This document shows, one piece after another, positions 1 to 11,277 of a stretch of 64,000 bases of DNA (within the stretch, counting starts at the first letter, position 1; every line of letters begins with the position of its first letter). The stretch is from NCBI GenBank assembly GCA_048938895.1, contig JBHLLU010000016.1:16998-80997 (forward strand). The letters run 5' to 3'. Both the position numbers and the translations under genes were made by a program. The notes beneath the pieces are model-generated. The model had not been told where the DNA came from and did no database searches. It saw nothing but the letters and a program-made list of their open reading frames with translations. This DNA is from Promethearchaeota archaeon. Lineage in GTDB: Archaea; Asgardarchaeota; Lokiarchaeia; Sigyniarchaeales; SOKP01.

Positions 1-1221
1 ATGGAAAATTAACATCCCTATCCAATTATTGTAAATCACACTTACTATATATAGTGGTACCCCAATGCTCCCTTGATTAAAATAAAACATATAAATAAAT
101 GCCAAAATAACAGAAGTCACAATTGCTAGAAATGTTTTTAGATCATGAGTAATTAAAATCAAATCCTTACGAAGATAAGCTCGTTTAGGGGAACAGGGTT
201 TAATCTGAACTTTTATCTTTTTTTTACCCTTTTTGGAGATTTTTTTATCTTTAGAGCTTCGAAATTTAGAAAATGTCAACTTTTCAAGTTGTTTCAAAAC
301 TACAACATAAAGACCCCAAATTATAAGGATATAAATAATCAATCCAATGATTGAACTCACCCATAATCCCAATGGAGTGCGATCTTTTACAATCAAGTTT
401 AAGATTAAATAGCTTGAATTAAACGGATAGGGAATACCACTAAGAAACATATTAGTCATTTCTGGATTTTGGATATGTAAGAATAAACGAAAGAACCTAT
501 CAATTGACCCAAATGCCCACTGAATTAAATACATGCTTCCTAGAGTTATTATTATATAACTTATTATATTAAATAGCCGAATCGTATAGGATCGTCTTGA
601 ATTTATCTCGTTTACGTCTAAGACACGATTTATTCTTCCCCCAACTAAAATAAGGATATTAAGAGAAAACATAACGTTTAACACAGAAATTCCAATGCTC
701 ATTAAAAAAATCAATATATTTGAAGTTCCGAGAAATAATACTATTGGAAAAGTTAATATAATCACAAGAATAGGAATATCAAAACTACGGAAGATGGTAA
801 CGAATACTATTCTCTTTAATTTTTCTCTTGGAATTGGCAGAGTTTCAAACCATTGAAATATTCTACCTGACATTATCATACCGGTTTCTAACATACCCAT
901 TAAAAAGAAGTTAAAAAATTGAAGCATAAAAAATAAGCCAAAATATAAACTCCCATGGAATATAATTATTTCAACCGAAATTAAACTATTGATAAGGTAA
1001 TCTGCGATCTGAAAATAACCCAGAAGAGGAAAAATAGGAAGAATACCAAAAATAATAGCATAAAAAATCTTCACCCGAATAATTTTTAATGACATAGATC
1101 TTTTTCTTTTCTTGGTTTTCTCCCATGATCCTAATTGATTAGTTAAAATTAACCCATCAATCAGTAATTCATGATTTGTGTATTTTGCTAAATAGTAAAG
1201 CGCTAGTTTTTCACTTGTCAT
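1..1221 (-). CDS. Multi-pass membrane protein, probably an ABC-type exporter permease; partial, runs off the window edge
   Basis: Not in the ORF track. Manual translation from ATG at 1221 (MTSEKLALYYLAKY...) stays open to position 1. It has many hydrophobic helices, a WFETLPIPREKL motif typical of ABC-2-like permeases, and a second half beginning AYLRKDLILITHD. Confidence 0.65.
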   Translation of the reverse strand, partial: MTSEKLALYYLAKYTNHELLIDGLILTNQLGSWEKTKKRKRSMSLKIIRVKIFYAIIFGILPIFPLLGYFQIADYLINSLISVEIIIFHGSLYFGLFFMLQFFNFFLMGMLETGMIMSGRIFQWFETLPIPREKLKRIVFVTIFRSFDIPILVIILTFPIVLFLGTSNILIFLMSIGISVLNVMFSLNILILVGGRINRVLDVNEINSRRSYTIRLFNIISYIIITLGSMYLIQWAFGSIDRFFRLFLHIQNPEMTNMFLSGIPYPFNSSYLILNLIVKDRTPLGLWVSSIIGLIIYILIIWGLYVVVLKQLEKLTFSKFRSSKDKKISKKGKKKIKVQIKPCSPKRAYLRKDLILITHDLKTFLAIVTSVILAFIYMFYFNQGSIGVPLYIVSVIYNNWIGMLIFH

Positions 1222-1399
1222 TTGGCTTTTAGTATTAATAAAGAATTTTTTTGAATTCTCATATGAAACTAGTTAATACGGATTTTTAAGAATTATATTT
1301 AAGATATTAATAATGATTAAATGACATTTAAATAAATAAGTATTAGCTTTGATTCATTGAAAAATCTTGAAATAAGAAATAATCTTATGTTTGCAGATT

Positions 1400-2425
1400 T
1401 TACCAACGCCAAAAAATATCCTCAGCATGACCCAACATATTTTTAATTACTATATTTTCACCATTATCTAACACAAGTTCCCCTGAGTATAATCCATGTA
1501 ACAATGAAGAATTTAGATAAATAATTCCAAAATTAATCTTCTCTCTATGTGGAATAAGTGGTTCTAAAACCATATTAAATCGATTATCATTGCTCGTAAA
1601 TGTCCAAGGTTTAGTAGGATCACGATTTTTGTGATGAAAGATCACCTTATCGATTTTGTGAGCCTTACCATCGTAAAATATGATATTTTCTGTGTGAGTT
1701 GATAAATCACCAAACCCATAACCGATATTAAAAGCAACAGGTATATCATCTACTAATCCGCAGGCAGAACCCCATAACCAATGAGTTCGATAAGGCCATA
1801 TCCCACGTCCCCAATCCATGAGTCCAGAGGAAGAATCTGGTTCGAAGTTATAATCAACCTTCCCAATCTGAATTAATCCTTTAGCAGGCATCATGTTAAC
1901 TTTATGATTATAATAAAATCGTTTAGGGTCTTCTTTGTAGCCAGTAACTACAACTGTATTATCCCAATCTGGTTTATCATCAAGTGATATAGTTCCTTTA
2001 ATCCCTTTATCCATAAAAACAGGATCTTCAATTTCTAATATTCTCTGGTTTCCTTTTTTGGTTATAATTGCATGAAATTTCTTTGAAGGAAACTCAATTC
2101 GATTATCTTCTATAGAACTACGAGGCAATAACTTAGATTTTGTAAAAAACTTAAATTCACCTTTTCCTTCTCTCTCTTTTTTATTAAAATCAAGCCATAC
2201 ATAGCTCATCTGGGTAAGAAATCCAATATCTCCGATAGTAAGTTGAAAACCAAAATCTCTATTTAGAACGGAATAATGAACCCACTCCTTTATGCGAAGC
2301 CATCCTTTACCTATGTTTTCCTTATTATAATTTAATACTGGTTTTCTTGCCCATCCACATTGAACAAGAGATCCATCATTTTTAAACAAGTTAGAAGCTT
2401 CTGTTATTTCGGTTTGTGTACCCAT
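1400..2425 (-). CDS. DUF2804-family protein
   Basis: GWARKP, YYNHK and DWGRGIWPYRTHWLW motifs. Confidence 0.75.
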   Translation of the reverse strand: MGTQTEITEASNLFKNDGSLVQCGWARKPVLNYNKENIGKGWLRIKEWVHYSVLNRDFGFQLTIGDIGFLTQMSYVWLDFNKKEREGKGEFKFFTKSKLLPRSSIEDNRIEFPSKKFHAIITKKGNQRILEIEDPVFMDKGIKGTISLDDKPDWDNTVVVTGYKEDPKRFYYNHKVNMMPAKGLIQIGKVDYNFEPDSSSGLMDWGRGIWPYRTHWLWGSACGLVDDIPVAFNIGYGFGDLSTHTENIIFYDGKAHKIDKVIFHHKNRDPTKPWTFTSNDNRFNMVLEPLIPHREKINFGIIYLNSSLLHGLYSGELVLDNGENIVIKNMLGHAEDIFWRW

Positions 2426-2522
2426 TTTCTTTCACAAATTGGAATAGTGATAGTTGATAGTTTTAAAAAGAATAGAGGTAAAATAAAATATATTATAATC
2501 AGTGATTAAAATAAGTGATTAA

Positions 2523-3785
2523 ATGTCTTCGAAGTTTGAGAAAAATCTCGAGAAATATGCTGAATTAATTGTAAAAGTTGGGCTTAATTTGCAAAAAGGA
2601 CAACGCTTATTAATTGGATCACCTGCAATATCTAGAAATGGCGTATCACTTGAATTAGCACCCCTAGTAAGACTTATTGTTAAAAAAGCATACCAAATAG
2701 GAGCAAGATTTGTGGAGGTAATGTGGGAAGATGATCAGACACGTCTTTTTCGATATTTGTATGCTCCTAAAGATTCCTTCGAAGAATATCCAACATGGAG
2801 AACTGATGGAGCATATAAATTTGCAAAAGAAGGTGACGCTATGCTAATTATAGCAGCTCGAAATCCTGATTCACTTTCAGAAATAGATTCTCATTTAATA
2901 TTGACTACAACCAAAACATATCTAAAAAATGTGAAACCTGTAGGTGATTTACGTAGAAAAGGAAAGGTTAATTGGTCAGGTATTACTGCACCTGTTGAAG
3001 GATGGGAAGATAAGGTATTTCCAGATATCCCTCAGAATGAGCGAAAGGCGAAATTTTGGGATACTATTTTTGAAATATGTCGGGTAAATCAAGAAGATCC
3101 TGTTGCCGCATGGAAGGAACATATCACTCAATTAGTAACTCGGAGTTCATATCTCAATAATAAACAATACGCTTCACTTCACTTCAAAGCTGAGGGAACA
3201 GATCTAACTGTAGGACTACCACCTAGCCATATTTGGAAAAGCGCTTACTTCACTACTCAAGGTGGTATTAGTAATGTCGTTAATATACCAACAGAAGAAA
3301 TATTTACCACACCTCATAAAGATAAAACAGAAGGAACGGTATCTGCCACCAAACCTCTTGTCACGGCAGTTACAGTAGAAGATTTAAGCATTACTTTTTC
3401 TAATGGAAAAGTTGTAGAAATTTCTGCTACTAAAGGAGAAGAATATATGCGCGACTTAATTAAAACTGATGAAGGTGCCTCAAAATTAGGAGAGGTGTCA
3501 TTAGTTCCTCACAGTTCTCCAATCTCTCAGACTGGTCGTCTCTTTTATAACATATTAATAGATGAAAATGCTTCCTGCCACTTAGCTTTAGGTAGCGGCA
3601 TTAAAACTTGTATAGAAAATGGAATTCACATGTCTGAAAAGCAGTTTTCTAAAATAGGAGGAAATTCTAGTATGATGCACTTGGATTTTATGATAGGTTC
3701 GGAAAAAATTAATGTTGATGGAATTATGGAAGATGGGGCAACAGAGCCAATTATGCGAAAAGGAGAATGGGCTTTTAAAGTTTAA
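2523..3785 (+). CDS. M29 aminopeptidase (AmpS/AmpT type)
   Basis: LEKYAELIVKVGLN N-terminus; NIPTEEIFT, LGEV, DENASCHLALG and HLDFMIG metal-ligand motifs. Confidence 0.92.
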   Translation: MSSKFEKNLEKYAELIVKVGLNLQKGQRLLIGSPAISRNGVSLELAPLVRLIVKKAYQIGARFVEVMWEDDQTRLFRYLYAPKDSFEEYPTWRTDGAYKFAKEGDAMLIIAARNPDSLSEIDSHLILTTTKTYLKNVKPVGDLRRKGKVNWSGITAPVEGWEDKVFPDIPQNERKAKFWDTIFEICRVNQEDPVAAWKEHITQLVTRSSYLNNKQYASLHFKAEGTDLTVGLPPSHIWKSAYFTTQGGISNVVNIPTEEIFTTPHKDKTEGTVSATKPLVTAVTVEDLSITFSNGKVVEISATKGEEYMRDLIKTDEGASKLGEVSLVPHSSPISQTGRLFYNILIDENASCHLALGSGIKTCIENGIHMSEKQFSKIGGNSSMMHLDFMIGSEKINVDGIMEDGATEPIMRKGEWAFKV

Positions 3786-3788
3786 GAA

Positions 3789-5186
3789 TTAATCTATTTT
3801 TTGACAAATATTATCAATTTTTTGTATAGTGTCATCAATAATCTCATCTGTATGAAGTATACAAGTGTAAAAACGACTTCCTGCGACAGAAATCAGTTCT
3901 TGATCTACAAGAGCAGCACCCATCTCTCCCATAAAGTCTTTCCGAACAGGGATTTGACCAGATTGCTTTGGATCACTCAAATCCAATCCAAACACACAAC
4001 TCGTTTGAAAGTGAACAGTACCACCAAAATTATATGAAAACCACGGTAAATTGTACTTAGCGAAAACATCATTCAAACCAGTAGATAAACGTGTAGCAGC
4101 ATGCCCAGCAATTTCAGTAGCATTCGTTTCTTCTACAAACTTAATTGCCCAATATGCAGCTGCGCAGGTTAGCGGATTAGCTGCGATAGTTCCTCCAGAA
4201 TATGCTCTTTTTCCTCCAGTCACTCCTGCACCACAGACCGCCATAACATCTGCACGTCCACCGATTGCTGCAGCAGAAGGGAAGCCATGACCAACAATTT
4301 TACCAAAAACAGAGATATCTGGAGTATAATTATAATAGGCTTGCCCCCCACCCATATGTAATCGAAACGCACATACCACTTCATCTGATATCATAAGTGC
4401 TCTATTTTCATGGCATAATTCTTCCACTTCTTTATTGAATCCAGGTCTTGTTGGCATTGCTCCACTCTCCCCACCCATAGGTTCGATTATAACTGCAGCC
4501 ACTTTACGTTTTTCTTTAAACATTATTCGAAGTTCTTCGATATCATTAGGAGGGCAGGAATCTGTAAATTTAAATACTGGTTTTGGAATTCCATGTGATT
4601 CTAATAATTTGGTACCTGGTACATGCATATCATAAGTGAGTTGATCACTCCAACCATGGTAGCTACCTCCTATTTTAATAATCCATTTTCTATTTGTAAA
4701 AGCTCTCGCAATTCTAATTGCAAGCATATCTGCTTCTGTACCTGACTGCAACCACCTAATTATTTCACATGAAGGAAAGTGCTTTTGTAGTTGCTCCGCA
4801 GCTAAATATTCATATTCTTGCGTTATTCCATGACAAGGTCCAACTTTTTGAATTGTTTCTACAACTTTATCAATCAATGGTTTGTATTGATGTCCTAATA
4901 TTATTGGTCCGCCACACATTAAATAATCAGTCATAACAATATCATCCACTGTCTCCATATAACATTCATAAACTCTCTTACTTGCTAATGGAAATGGATG
5001 ATTAAATGCCAAATTATGCTCGACTCCTCCAGGAATAATTTTAAGCATTCTATCATATATTTCTTTGGATTTAGGATGATTATTATTATATCTTTCAATA
5101 ATTCCCTTTAATTCTTCCGGTTTAAAGCGACGTATGGGATTATTAACGATATAATCTATTTTTGCTTTAATTTCTTCATATTTCAT
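3789..5186 (-). CDS. Class III PLP aminotransferase (glutamate-1-semialdehyde aminomutase-like)
   Basis: SGTEA, GSYHG, DEV, FGKIVGHG (PLP lysine), GGTIAANP. Confidence 0.85.
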   Translation of the reverse strand: MKYEEIKAKIDYIVNNPIRRFKPEELKGIIERYNNNHPKSKEIYDRMLKIIPGGVEHNLAFNHPFPLASKRVYECYMETVDDIVMTDYLMCGGPIILGHQYKPLIDKVVETIQKVGPCHGITQEYEYLAAEQLQKHFPSCEIIRWLQSGTEADMLAIRIARAFTNRKWIIKIGGSYHGWSDQLTYDMHVPGTKLLESHGIPKPVFKFTDSCPPNDIEELRIMFKEKRKVAAVIIEPMGGESGAMPTRPGFNKEVEELCHENRALMISDEVVCAFRLHMGGGQAYYNYTPDISVFGKIVGHGFPSAAAIGGRADVMAVCGAGVTGGKRAYSGGTIAANPLTCAAAYWAIKFVEETNATEIAGHAATRLSTGLNDVFAKYNLPWFSYNFGGTVHFQTSCVFGLDLSDPKQSGQIPVRKDFMGEMGAALVDQELISVAGSRFYTCILHTDEIIDDTIQKIDNICQKID

Positions 5187-5313
5187 TTAAAAAATCACAC
5201 TTAAAACTTTAGAAACTCAAGGTAACTAAATTAATTATTAAATTGAACCATCAAAAATTAAGTTTTTGTTAGTCTCAAAATGAGTTAGTAATGATCGTTA
5301 AACTGAGGAATTT

Positions 5314-7476
5314 TCAACTCCCATAAGGGAGGATTAATCTTTGTTCAATTAATTTCTCTAATCCATCGATTATTAGATCCTCGTTTTTATCTCTAAATTC
5401 CTCGATAATATCCATTAATCTAAATGTTCTTTTTTCTTCAAGAATCAGAAATATCTTTTCCAAGATATGGACTTGGATTTTTGAAAGTCTGTATTTTTTC
5501 TTTATATTCTGTAGATCTTTATTAGCATATTCAGTTATAAAACTATCCTTATAAAACAAATCAAAATATTCATCTAAAAGAGGAGAAATCAATTGAGAAT
5601 ATTCGGTGACATCATTATCAAAATCTTTTAGACTTTTTGAAATTTTCAGATAGGATGCTAATGTGAAATTAAATAAAGTTTGTTTTAATCTTTTGGAAGA
5701 TCTTGATTTTAGAATAAGTACAGAACGTAATTCTTCAATATCTAAGATTAGACAGAAAAATTGTTTTAGATCTAATTCAATTACTTTTTGACTATCAATT
5801 TTTTTCAAACTTTTAATTTTATCAATATTACTAGGGTCTTCTTGAGAAATTTCCTCACCTATAATTGATATCGCTTGAATGAAACCTGAAAAAAGTGTTT
5901 TCTTACTTTTTATCAACGAGGAATATTCTTTTGAGAAGATAGGAAGACCACTCTCACGATGAATCAAAATTATTCCTTGTATATTCCTTATATCCTTAAA
6001 TTTTTGAGTTCTTAACATAAGATAAGTCTCTCGTTTCTTATGATGAGGTAAAAAGATATAGGATCTTAAACTTAATGCGCCTAAAATCCCAATAACTACA
6101 AATAACAAAGTGAAAATTATTAATAGTGAGAAATCTTTTTCAGGTATTATTTCTTTATAAGAAACCTCAAAGATAACATCATCTAATGTAATTGTAATTA
6201 TATCCGGTAAGGTAAACTCATCTGCGAGATATAATTCAATAGCTACAGAAACATTTTCTTCTTCTGAAATTAATGTCTTAATATTAAAACCTCCTGGTTT
6301 TGCTTCTTGAAAATCTGTAGTAAAATTATTCTCAATGAATTTAATAGTCTCTAAAAGTTTGTTATTGTTTACTAAAATTCTTATTTCAGAATTAGGAGAT
6401 AAGGAAGTGGGCCATTCATCCTCAAGTTTATATTTAAAATTGAGCTTTGCATCAATTAATTCGATATTATTATGACTTAGATCATTAATTTTTCCAGTAA
6501 TTTGATTCCAAGACAAAGTTGTAAATTTGTTAATTTTTTTCTCATAGGTAAACGTGAGATTTACTGATTTTATCCTTAAGAGTTTCCACCAATCACTATC
6601 TTGAGGAAAATTGTCTTCACACCAAATTCTCATACCGATTGTTAAGGTGAAATTATGATTATCACTATTGAGTACTGAAGTTAGGTATATAATCAGTGAC
6701 TCCTCAGTTATAGGGATCAATTGAGTATCATAAAGAAATTCAATTTCAGGACCCGAATCTTGACCTAAATCAGTTGTTTGAAAGTGTGCAATCTCATATT
6801 TTTTACTTTTTTCCAAATCTGAAATTTTTACATAAAATCTAACATAATCACCCATCGAAAATTCTTCACATCCATCGTTAGCAGTATCAATGCCATCTGA
6901 ATAATCAGGAGGATCAGCAGAAAAAGTTGCAACACTCCCATTTACAATAGAAGAAATATTTGCAGAAGTGATCACATAGTCGGACATGTCGACGGGTATA
7001 GTTAAATTTGTATCCCAATTAACAGCAACTGATTGATCTGGTCCTTCTCTCCAATAATGAGAAACCCACGCTCCGCTTTTACCAATACCGTAAAAGTCTG
7101 GAAAAGAGGGATAATCAAGATTGGGAACTGCATCCCAGGTAGAATTAAGAACGGGATTTGAAAGAAATGAAAAAGTCTTGTGTTCTCCCCTTATATTATA
7201 ATGTACTTCGCCTGGGCTTAGTGATGAATTAACATCAGAAAAATCCCCCTCTATTGTTGAATTCCAATATTGTAAAGGAGAATCGAAAGAACAGTCTTTA
7301 AGTAGCTGTGCCGTGCAAGATTTAGTACTTGAAATATTTAGTTTTTGACCACCATTCTTTCTTACATTTCTTGAAGCTAAATCGCTTATTTTGAGCGTGA
7401 TCGTACTTGATAAAAATATAATTAAGATTAAATAAATGAATTTATGTTTATATTTTCGAATTCTTCTATAGAACAA
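5314..7476 (-). CDS. Receptor-like membrane protein: N-terminal anchor, large extracellular beta-rich region, TM helix, cytosolic longin-like domain and winged helix
   Basis: Hydrophobic segments FIYLILIIFLSS and LLIIFTLLFVVIGILGALSL; longin-like pattern IQGIILIHRESGLPIF...LFSGFIQAIS; C-terminal IIDGLEKLIEQRLILP. Confidence 0.6.
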   Translation of the reverse strand: MFYRRIRKYKHKFIYLILIIFLSSTITLKISDLASRNVRKNGGQKLNISSTKSCTAQLLKDCSFDSPLQYWNSTIEGDFSDVNSSLSPGEVHYNIRGEHKTFSFLSNPVLNSTWDAVPNLDYPSFPDFYGIGKSGAWVSHYWREGPDQSVAVNWDTNLTIPVDMSDYVITSANISSIVNGSVATFSADPPDYSDGIDTANDGCEEFSMGDYVRFYVKISDLEKSKKYEIAHFQTTDLGQDSGPEIEFLYDTQLIPITEESLIIYLTSVLNSDNHNFTLTIGMRIWCEDNFPQDSDWWKLLRIKSVNLTFTYEKKINKFTTLSWNQITGKINDLSHNNIELIDAKLNFKYKLEDEWPTSLSPNSEIRILVNNNKLLETIKFIENNFTTDFQEAKPGGFNIKTLISEEENVSVAIELYLADEFTLPDIITITLDDVIFEVSYKEIIPEKDFSLLIIFTLLFVVIGILGALSLRSYIFLPHHKKRETYLMLRTQKFKDIRNIQGIILIHRESGLPIFSKEYSSLIKSKKTLFSGFIQAISIIGEEISQEDPSNIDKIKSLKKIDSQKVIELDLKQFFCLILDIEELRSVLILKSRSSKRLKQTLFNFTLASYLKISKSLKDFDNDVTEYSQLISPLLDEYFDLFYKDSFITEYANKDLQNIKKKYRLSKIQVHILEKIFLILEEKRTFRLMDIIEEFRDKNEDLIIDGLEKLIEQRLILPYGS

Positions 7477-7686
7477 TTGATCTCATCTTCATATTTATGA
7501 AATGAAATTAAATACCTAATTACCCATAACCTTTTATCGATATGATAATGCAATTTTATCTATATAAAAATATGTACAAAAAAGTAATTAAGCGCTTTAT
7601 ATAATCAATTTCTTTAACTTACTTTTTCTATTTCTTGTTAACCTACCAATGAATGTTTATTTACTTTAACAACATTTAGTTAAATT

Positions 7687-9309
7687 ATGACGATTACAGA
7701 AAAAAAATATATTCTTGTAATTGACCATGGAACGCAAGGTCCAAAAACAGCAATAGTGTCAACAAAAGGAGAAGTCCTCGAGTGGGCATATGAAGAAACA
7801 CCAATTCATGCATTCAGTGGGGGAATTGTTGAACAAAACCCAGATGATTGGTGGGATGCGATAAAATCTACTGCTAAAAAAGTTATTGAAAGTGGTCGTG
7901 TACAAGTAGAAGATATAGTTGGAGTTTGTAATACAAGTCAATGGAGCGGTACCGTTGCGGTTGATAAAGATGGATATCATTTAATGAATTCTATTATTTG
8001 GATGGACACTCGTGGAGCAAAGCACATTGAAAAACTGAATAGAGGATTAATAAAAGTTTCGGGATATAATTTAAGAAAAATTCTAAGTCTTTTAAAAAGA
8101 ACTGCTGGGGGACCGGCATCACATGGTAAAGATTCAATTGCACATATCCTAGTTATTAAGGATGAGCTTCCAGATATTTATGAACAAACATTTAATTTTC
8201 TAGAACCCCAAGACTATGTAAACCTTAAATTAACTGGGAAGTTTGCTGCTTCAACTGCATCAATTCATCTCCACTGGCTAACAGATACGAGAGATCTATA
8301 TAACATTCATTATTCAAAGAAATTATTGAGGATGTTCAGAGTTGATAGAAAAAAGTTTCCTGAACTAAAGAATTGTACAGATATTCTAGGTTTACTTAAA
8401 AAGGAAGTAGCAGATGAGCTTGGTTTAGAAAAGAGCACACAAGTGGTTATGGGTGCTCCTGATATTCATTCTGCTACGATTGGTTCCGGTGCGGTAAACG
8501 ATTACGAAGCTCACATTTATATTGGCACAAGTGATTGGATTTTTACTCATATTCCATACAAAAAAACAGATATATTCCATAACTTGGGTTCCTTACCATC
8601 TGCTATTCCCGGAAGATTTATTGTGGGAAATGAGCAAAACATAGCGGGTGGTTCTTTAGCTTTCCTGAGGGATAAGATTCTCTATCACAAGGATGAATTA
8701 TTAAGAGATGAAGCTGTTCCAGATGTATACAAGATTTTTGATAAAATAGTGGAAAATGTCTCACCTGGCTCAAATAATTTGATATATACTCCGTGGCTTA
8801 TTGGTGAACGCTCTCCGGTTGATGATGCTACAATTAGGGGTGGTCTATATAATCTATCATTTGAAATGTCAAGAGAGCATATAATTAGGGCGATATTTGA
8901 GGGTGTTGCTTACAATATCAAATGGCTATTGTCAGTTATAGAAGATTTTATAAGAAAATGGGTAGTAAGAGAACGGGGTGTTCCGAAAAAAGGAATAATT
9001 ATACCAGAGCTTAATATGATTGGTGGAGGGGCTCAGAGTGATATCTGGTGTCAAATTATAGCTGATGTTCTTGATAGAAAGGTTAAACAGGTAGTAGATC
9101 CGATCCAGGCTAATGCTCGTGGTGCTGCTTATATAGCTTCAGTAGCATTAGGGTATTTAAACTGGAATGAAATTCAAACTTGTTGTGAGATTTCAAAAGA
9201 ATTTATACCTAATCAGGAAAATAGGAATATTTATGATAAACTTTTTGGGGAATATGTTAATATTTACAAAACAATGAAAAAAGCTTATAAAAGACTAAAT
9301 ACTCAATAA
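7687..9309 (+). CDS. FGGY-family carbohydrate kinase (xylulokinase-like)
   Basis: IDHGTQGPK, EQNPDDWW, IWMDTRG, PWLIGERSP, RAIFEGV, GGGAQS. Confidence 0.9.
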   Translation: MTITEKKYILVIDHGTQGPKTAIVSTKGEVLEWAYEETPIHAFSGGIVEQNPDDWWDAIKSTAKKVIESGRVQVEDIVGVCNTSQWSGTVAVDKDGYHLMNSIIWMDTRGAKHIEKLNRGLIKVSGYNLRKILSLLKRTAGGPASHGKDSIAHILVIKDELPDIYEQTFNFLEPQDYVNLKLTGKFAASTASIHLHWLTDTRDLYNIHYSKKLLRMFRVDRKKFPELKNCTDILGLLKKEVADELGLEKSTQVVMGAPDIHSATIGSGAVNDYEAHIYIGTSDWIFTHIPYKKTDIFHNLGSLPSAIPGRFIVGNEQNIAGGSLAFLRDKILYHKDELLRDEAVPDVYKIFDKIVENVSPGSNNLIYTPWLIGERSPVDDATIRGGLYNLSFEMSREHIIRAIFEGVAYNIKWLLSVIEDFIRKWVVRERGVPKKGIIIPELNMIGGGAQSDIWCQIIADVLDRKVKQVVDPIQANARGAAYIASVALGYLNWNEIQTCCEISKEFIPNQENRNIYDKLFGEYVNIYKTMKKAYKRLNTQ

Positions 9310-9387
9310 TTCTCCATTTTTTTTATCTAACGACCTAATACGCTAATGTAGTAAAATTAAAAAAAAAGTTTTATGAAAAAGGAGAAG

Positions 9388-10515
9388 TTACTTAATCTTA
9401 CCTGTGGCATTCTTCAATAGACTTTCAGCTTCAGATACCATGTCATTAATGATTTTTGATACACTCTCAATGCTATTAATTACACCAATACTTTGTCCTA
9501 AAAGAACTGCTCCAGAATTAACATCACCTCTGTAAGCTGCAAGATATGCATTAGATGAAGCGATAAGTTCTTTAACATAATCTTCACGAGACATACTCCG
9601 GAGTGCTTGTTCTTCTGCAATTTTTGCTTCTTTATCAGCAACAAGTCCATGATGCAATGAATAATCGTTTCTCCATAATCTTATTGGCCCCAGAGCACCA
9701 GTAACTAAAATAGTATCTGATGCTTTTGAAGGAGGGACAACACCTTTATAGTTTTCATGAAATTCTGAATCTTCACTGGCAATGAATCGTGAACCCATAG
9801 CTATCCCACCTGCACCCATAGCAAGAGCTGCTGCTAAACCTGCTCCATTAGCAAATCCACCACACGCAATTACTGGGAAATCAGGATATTTTGCATGGAC
9901 TTGTTGAAGCAATACGAGAGTACTAACCTTTTCATAAGATTGATGTCCTCCTCCTTCACCACCAGTCACAACCATACCGTCTACACCCGACGCAACGCAT
10001 TTATCTGCTAACCATAAAGCCGGAGCAACATGAAAGTGTTTAATTTCAGATTTCTCCTTTAATTCCTGGAATGACTTACTAGAGGGTAAAATTTTAGAAG
10101 ATCCGGCACTAGTAAGTGCATAAATACACTGATCTCTAATCCTCTGGTTCTCCATTATAAATTTTGGGATTTCTGAACAGAGTTTTGGTGCTTGAATTTC
10201 ATTTCTTGAGGTTCTAATATTAAAACCAAAAGGTTTATCCGTATGTTCCACTACAAATTCCATATTATTTTTCATTGCTTTTACTACATCAATACCCATC
10301 CTTCTCATAGTTGTTTCATCAATTTCAATATCTGCAGATGTAGTTTCCTCCCTAATATCAGATCCTCGTTCTATTGATGTATGGGATAACACACCTAAAC
10401 CCCCTGCTTCACTAACAGCAACGCATAGGTCTGTGGTATAAAAAGGGCCCATTGCAGCACTAAAAATTGGATGTTTAATTCCAAACATCTTGGTAATATT
10501 TGTTTCAAATGTCAT
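9388..10515 (-). CDS. Nitronate monooxygenase / FabK-like FMN oxidoreductase
   Basis: AVSEAGGLG, GGEGGGH, VIACGG, MGSRFIASEDS, GQSIG. Confidence 0.85.
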   Translation of the reverse strand: MTFETNITKMFGIKHPIFSAAMGPFYTTDLCVAVSEAGGLGVLSHTSIERGSDIREETTSADIEIDETTMRRMGIDVVKAMKNNMEFVVEHTDKPFGFNIRTSRNEIQAPKLCSEIPKFIMENQRIRDQCIYALTSAGSSKILPSSKSFQELKEKSEIKHFHVAPALWLADKCVASGVDGMVVTGGEGGGHQSYEKVSTLVLLQQVHAKYPDFPVIACGGFANGAGLAAALAMGAGGIAMGSRFIASEDSEFHENYKGVVPPSKASDTILVTGALGPIRLWRNDYSLHHGLVADKEAKIAEEQALRSMSREDYVKELIASSNAYLAAYRGDVNSGAVLLGQSIGVINSIESVSKIINDMVSEAESLLKNATGKIK

Positions 10516-10788
10516 AATATCACTTCTTTTTTCTTTCTGTCTTCTTAATTCATTTATATCATTTTAATTACGATTTAAATTTTGATCTTTATAATGTTTT
10601 CTATTCGTTATCAATTCTTCTTAGCAAAAATAATAGTTTAAGAGGATTAAGACTTTTATTGAAAAAATGTATATAAAAAAAATTAGAATCATTTAAGGTG
10701 CTCTGTTATATGAAGAATTTTATATTACGCTAATGCAATCGTAATTAGAGCTTAAATTAGTTAATTAAAAAAAAATATAAAATAAAGA

Positions 10789-11277
10789 TTAACTTGATAT
10801 GTCCATTTCGATATGACAAATTTCTGCTGTTTGAAGACGATTTTTAGTTACATTAGGATCGATTCCTCTAGCAAATGAAATTGCTCCCGTTAAGATTCCT
10901 CCTACAGGACAAGCAGTATTTCCTTCAAGATCATATCCTCCAATTCTTTTCGGGCAAATTAGGCATTTTTGCACGACTAATTTTACTTGTTCATCTGTTA
11001 CATCCACATCCAATTCTTCTGCTAAGTTTATAACACTCATTAAACCATTTATCAATTTTTCATCAGTATCTGAAACACTTACAGCTTTATTTTCTAGCAT
11101 TGTCTTCATTAATTCTCTCCCAATCCAAATACTTAATGAATCCATCGCATCTTGGGTAGAAACACCAAATTCTTTATTTAAAATAAAATCTCTAGTTTTT
11201 ATCAAACCATGCCCTAATCCAATGATCACTCTATTTAGATATTTAGTATCTTTAGCTTTTTTTTTGAATATCTTCAC
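10789..11277 (-). CDS. Stand-alone V4R/MetOD1-like (H-NOX/Bet3 clan) Cys-containing protein
   Basis: Helical N-half with IGREL, then VKLVVQKCLICP...ACPVGGILTGAI...ICHIEM, matching the V4R metal-site pattern; start overlaps the upstream stop by 4 nt. Confidence 0.6.
   Translation of the reverse strand: MKIFKKKAKDTKYLNRVIIGLGHGLIKTRDFILNKEFGVSTQDAMDSLSIWIGRELMKTMLENKAVSVSDTDEKLINGLMSVINLAEELDVDVTDEQVKLVVQKCLICPKRIGGYDLEGNTACPVGGILTGAISFARGIDPNVTKNRLQTAEICHIEMDISS

Noticed and set aside
9336-10737. TACGCTAATG occurs in both intergenic regions flanking the nitronate monooxygenase gene
   Set aside because: Only a 10-bp exact match with no mobile-element gene nearby; plausibly chance.
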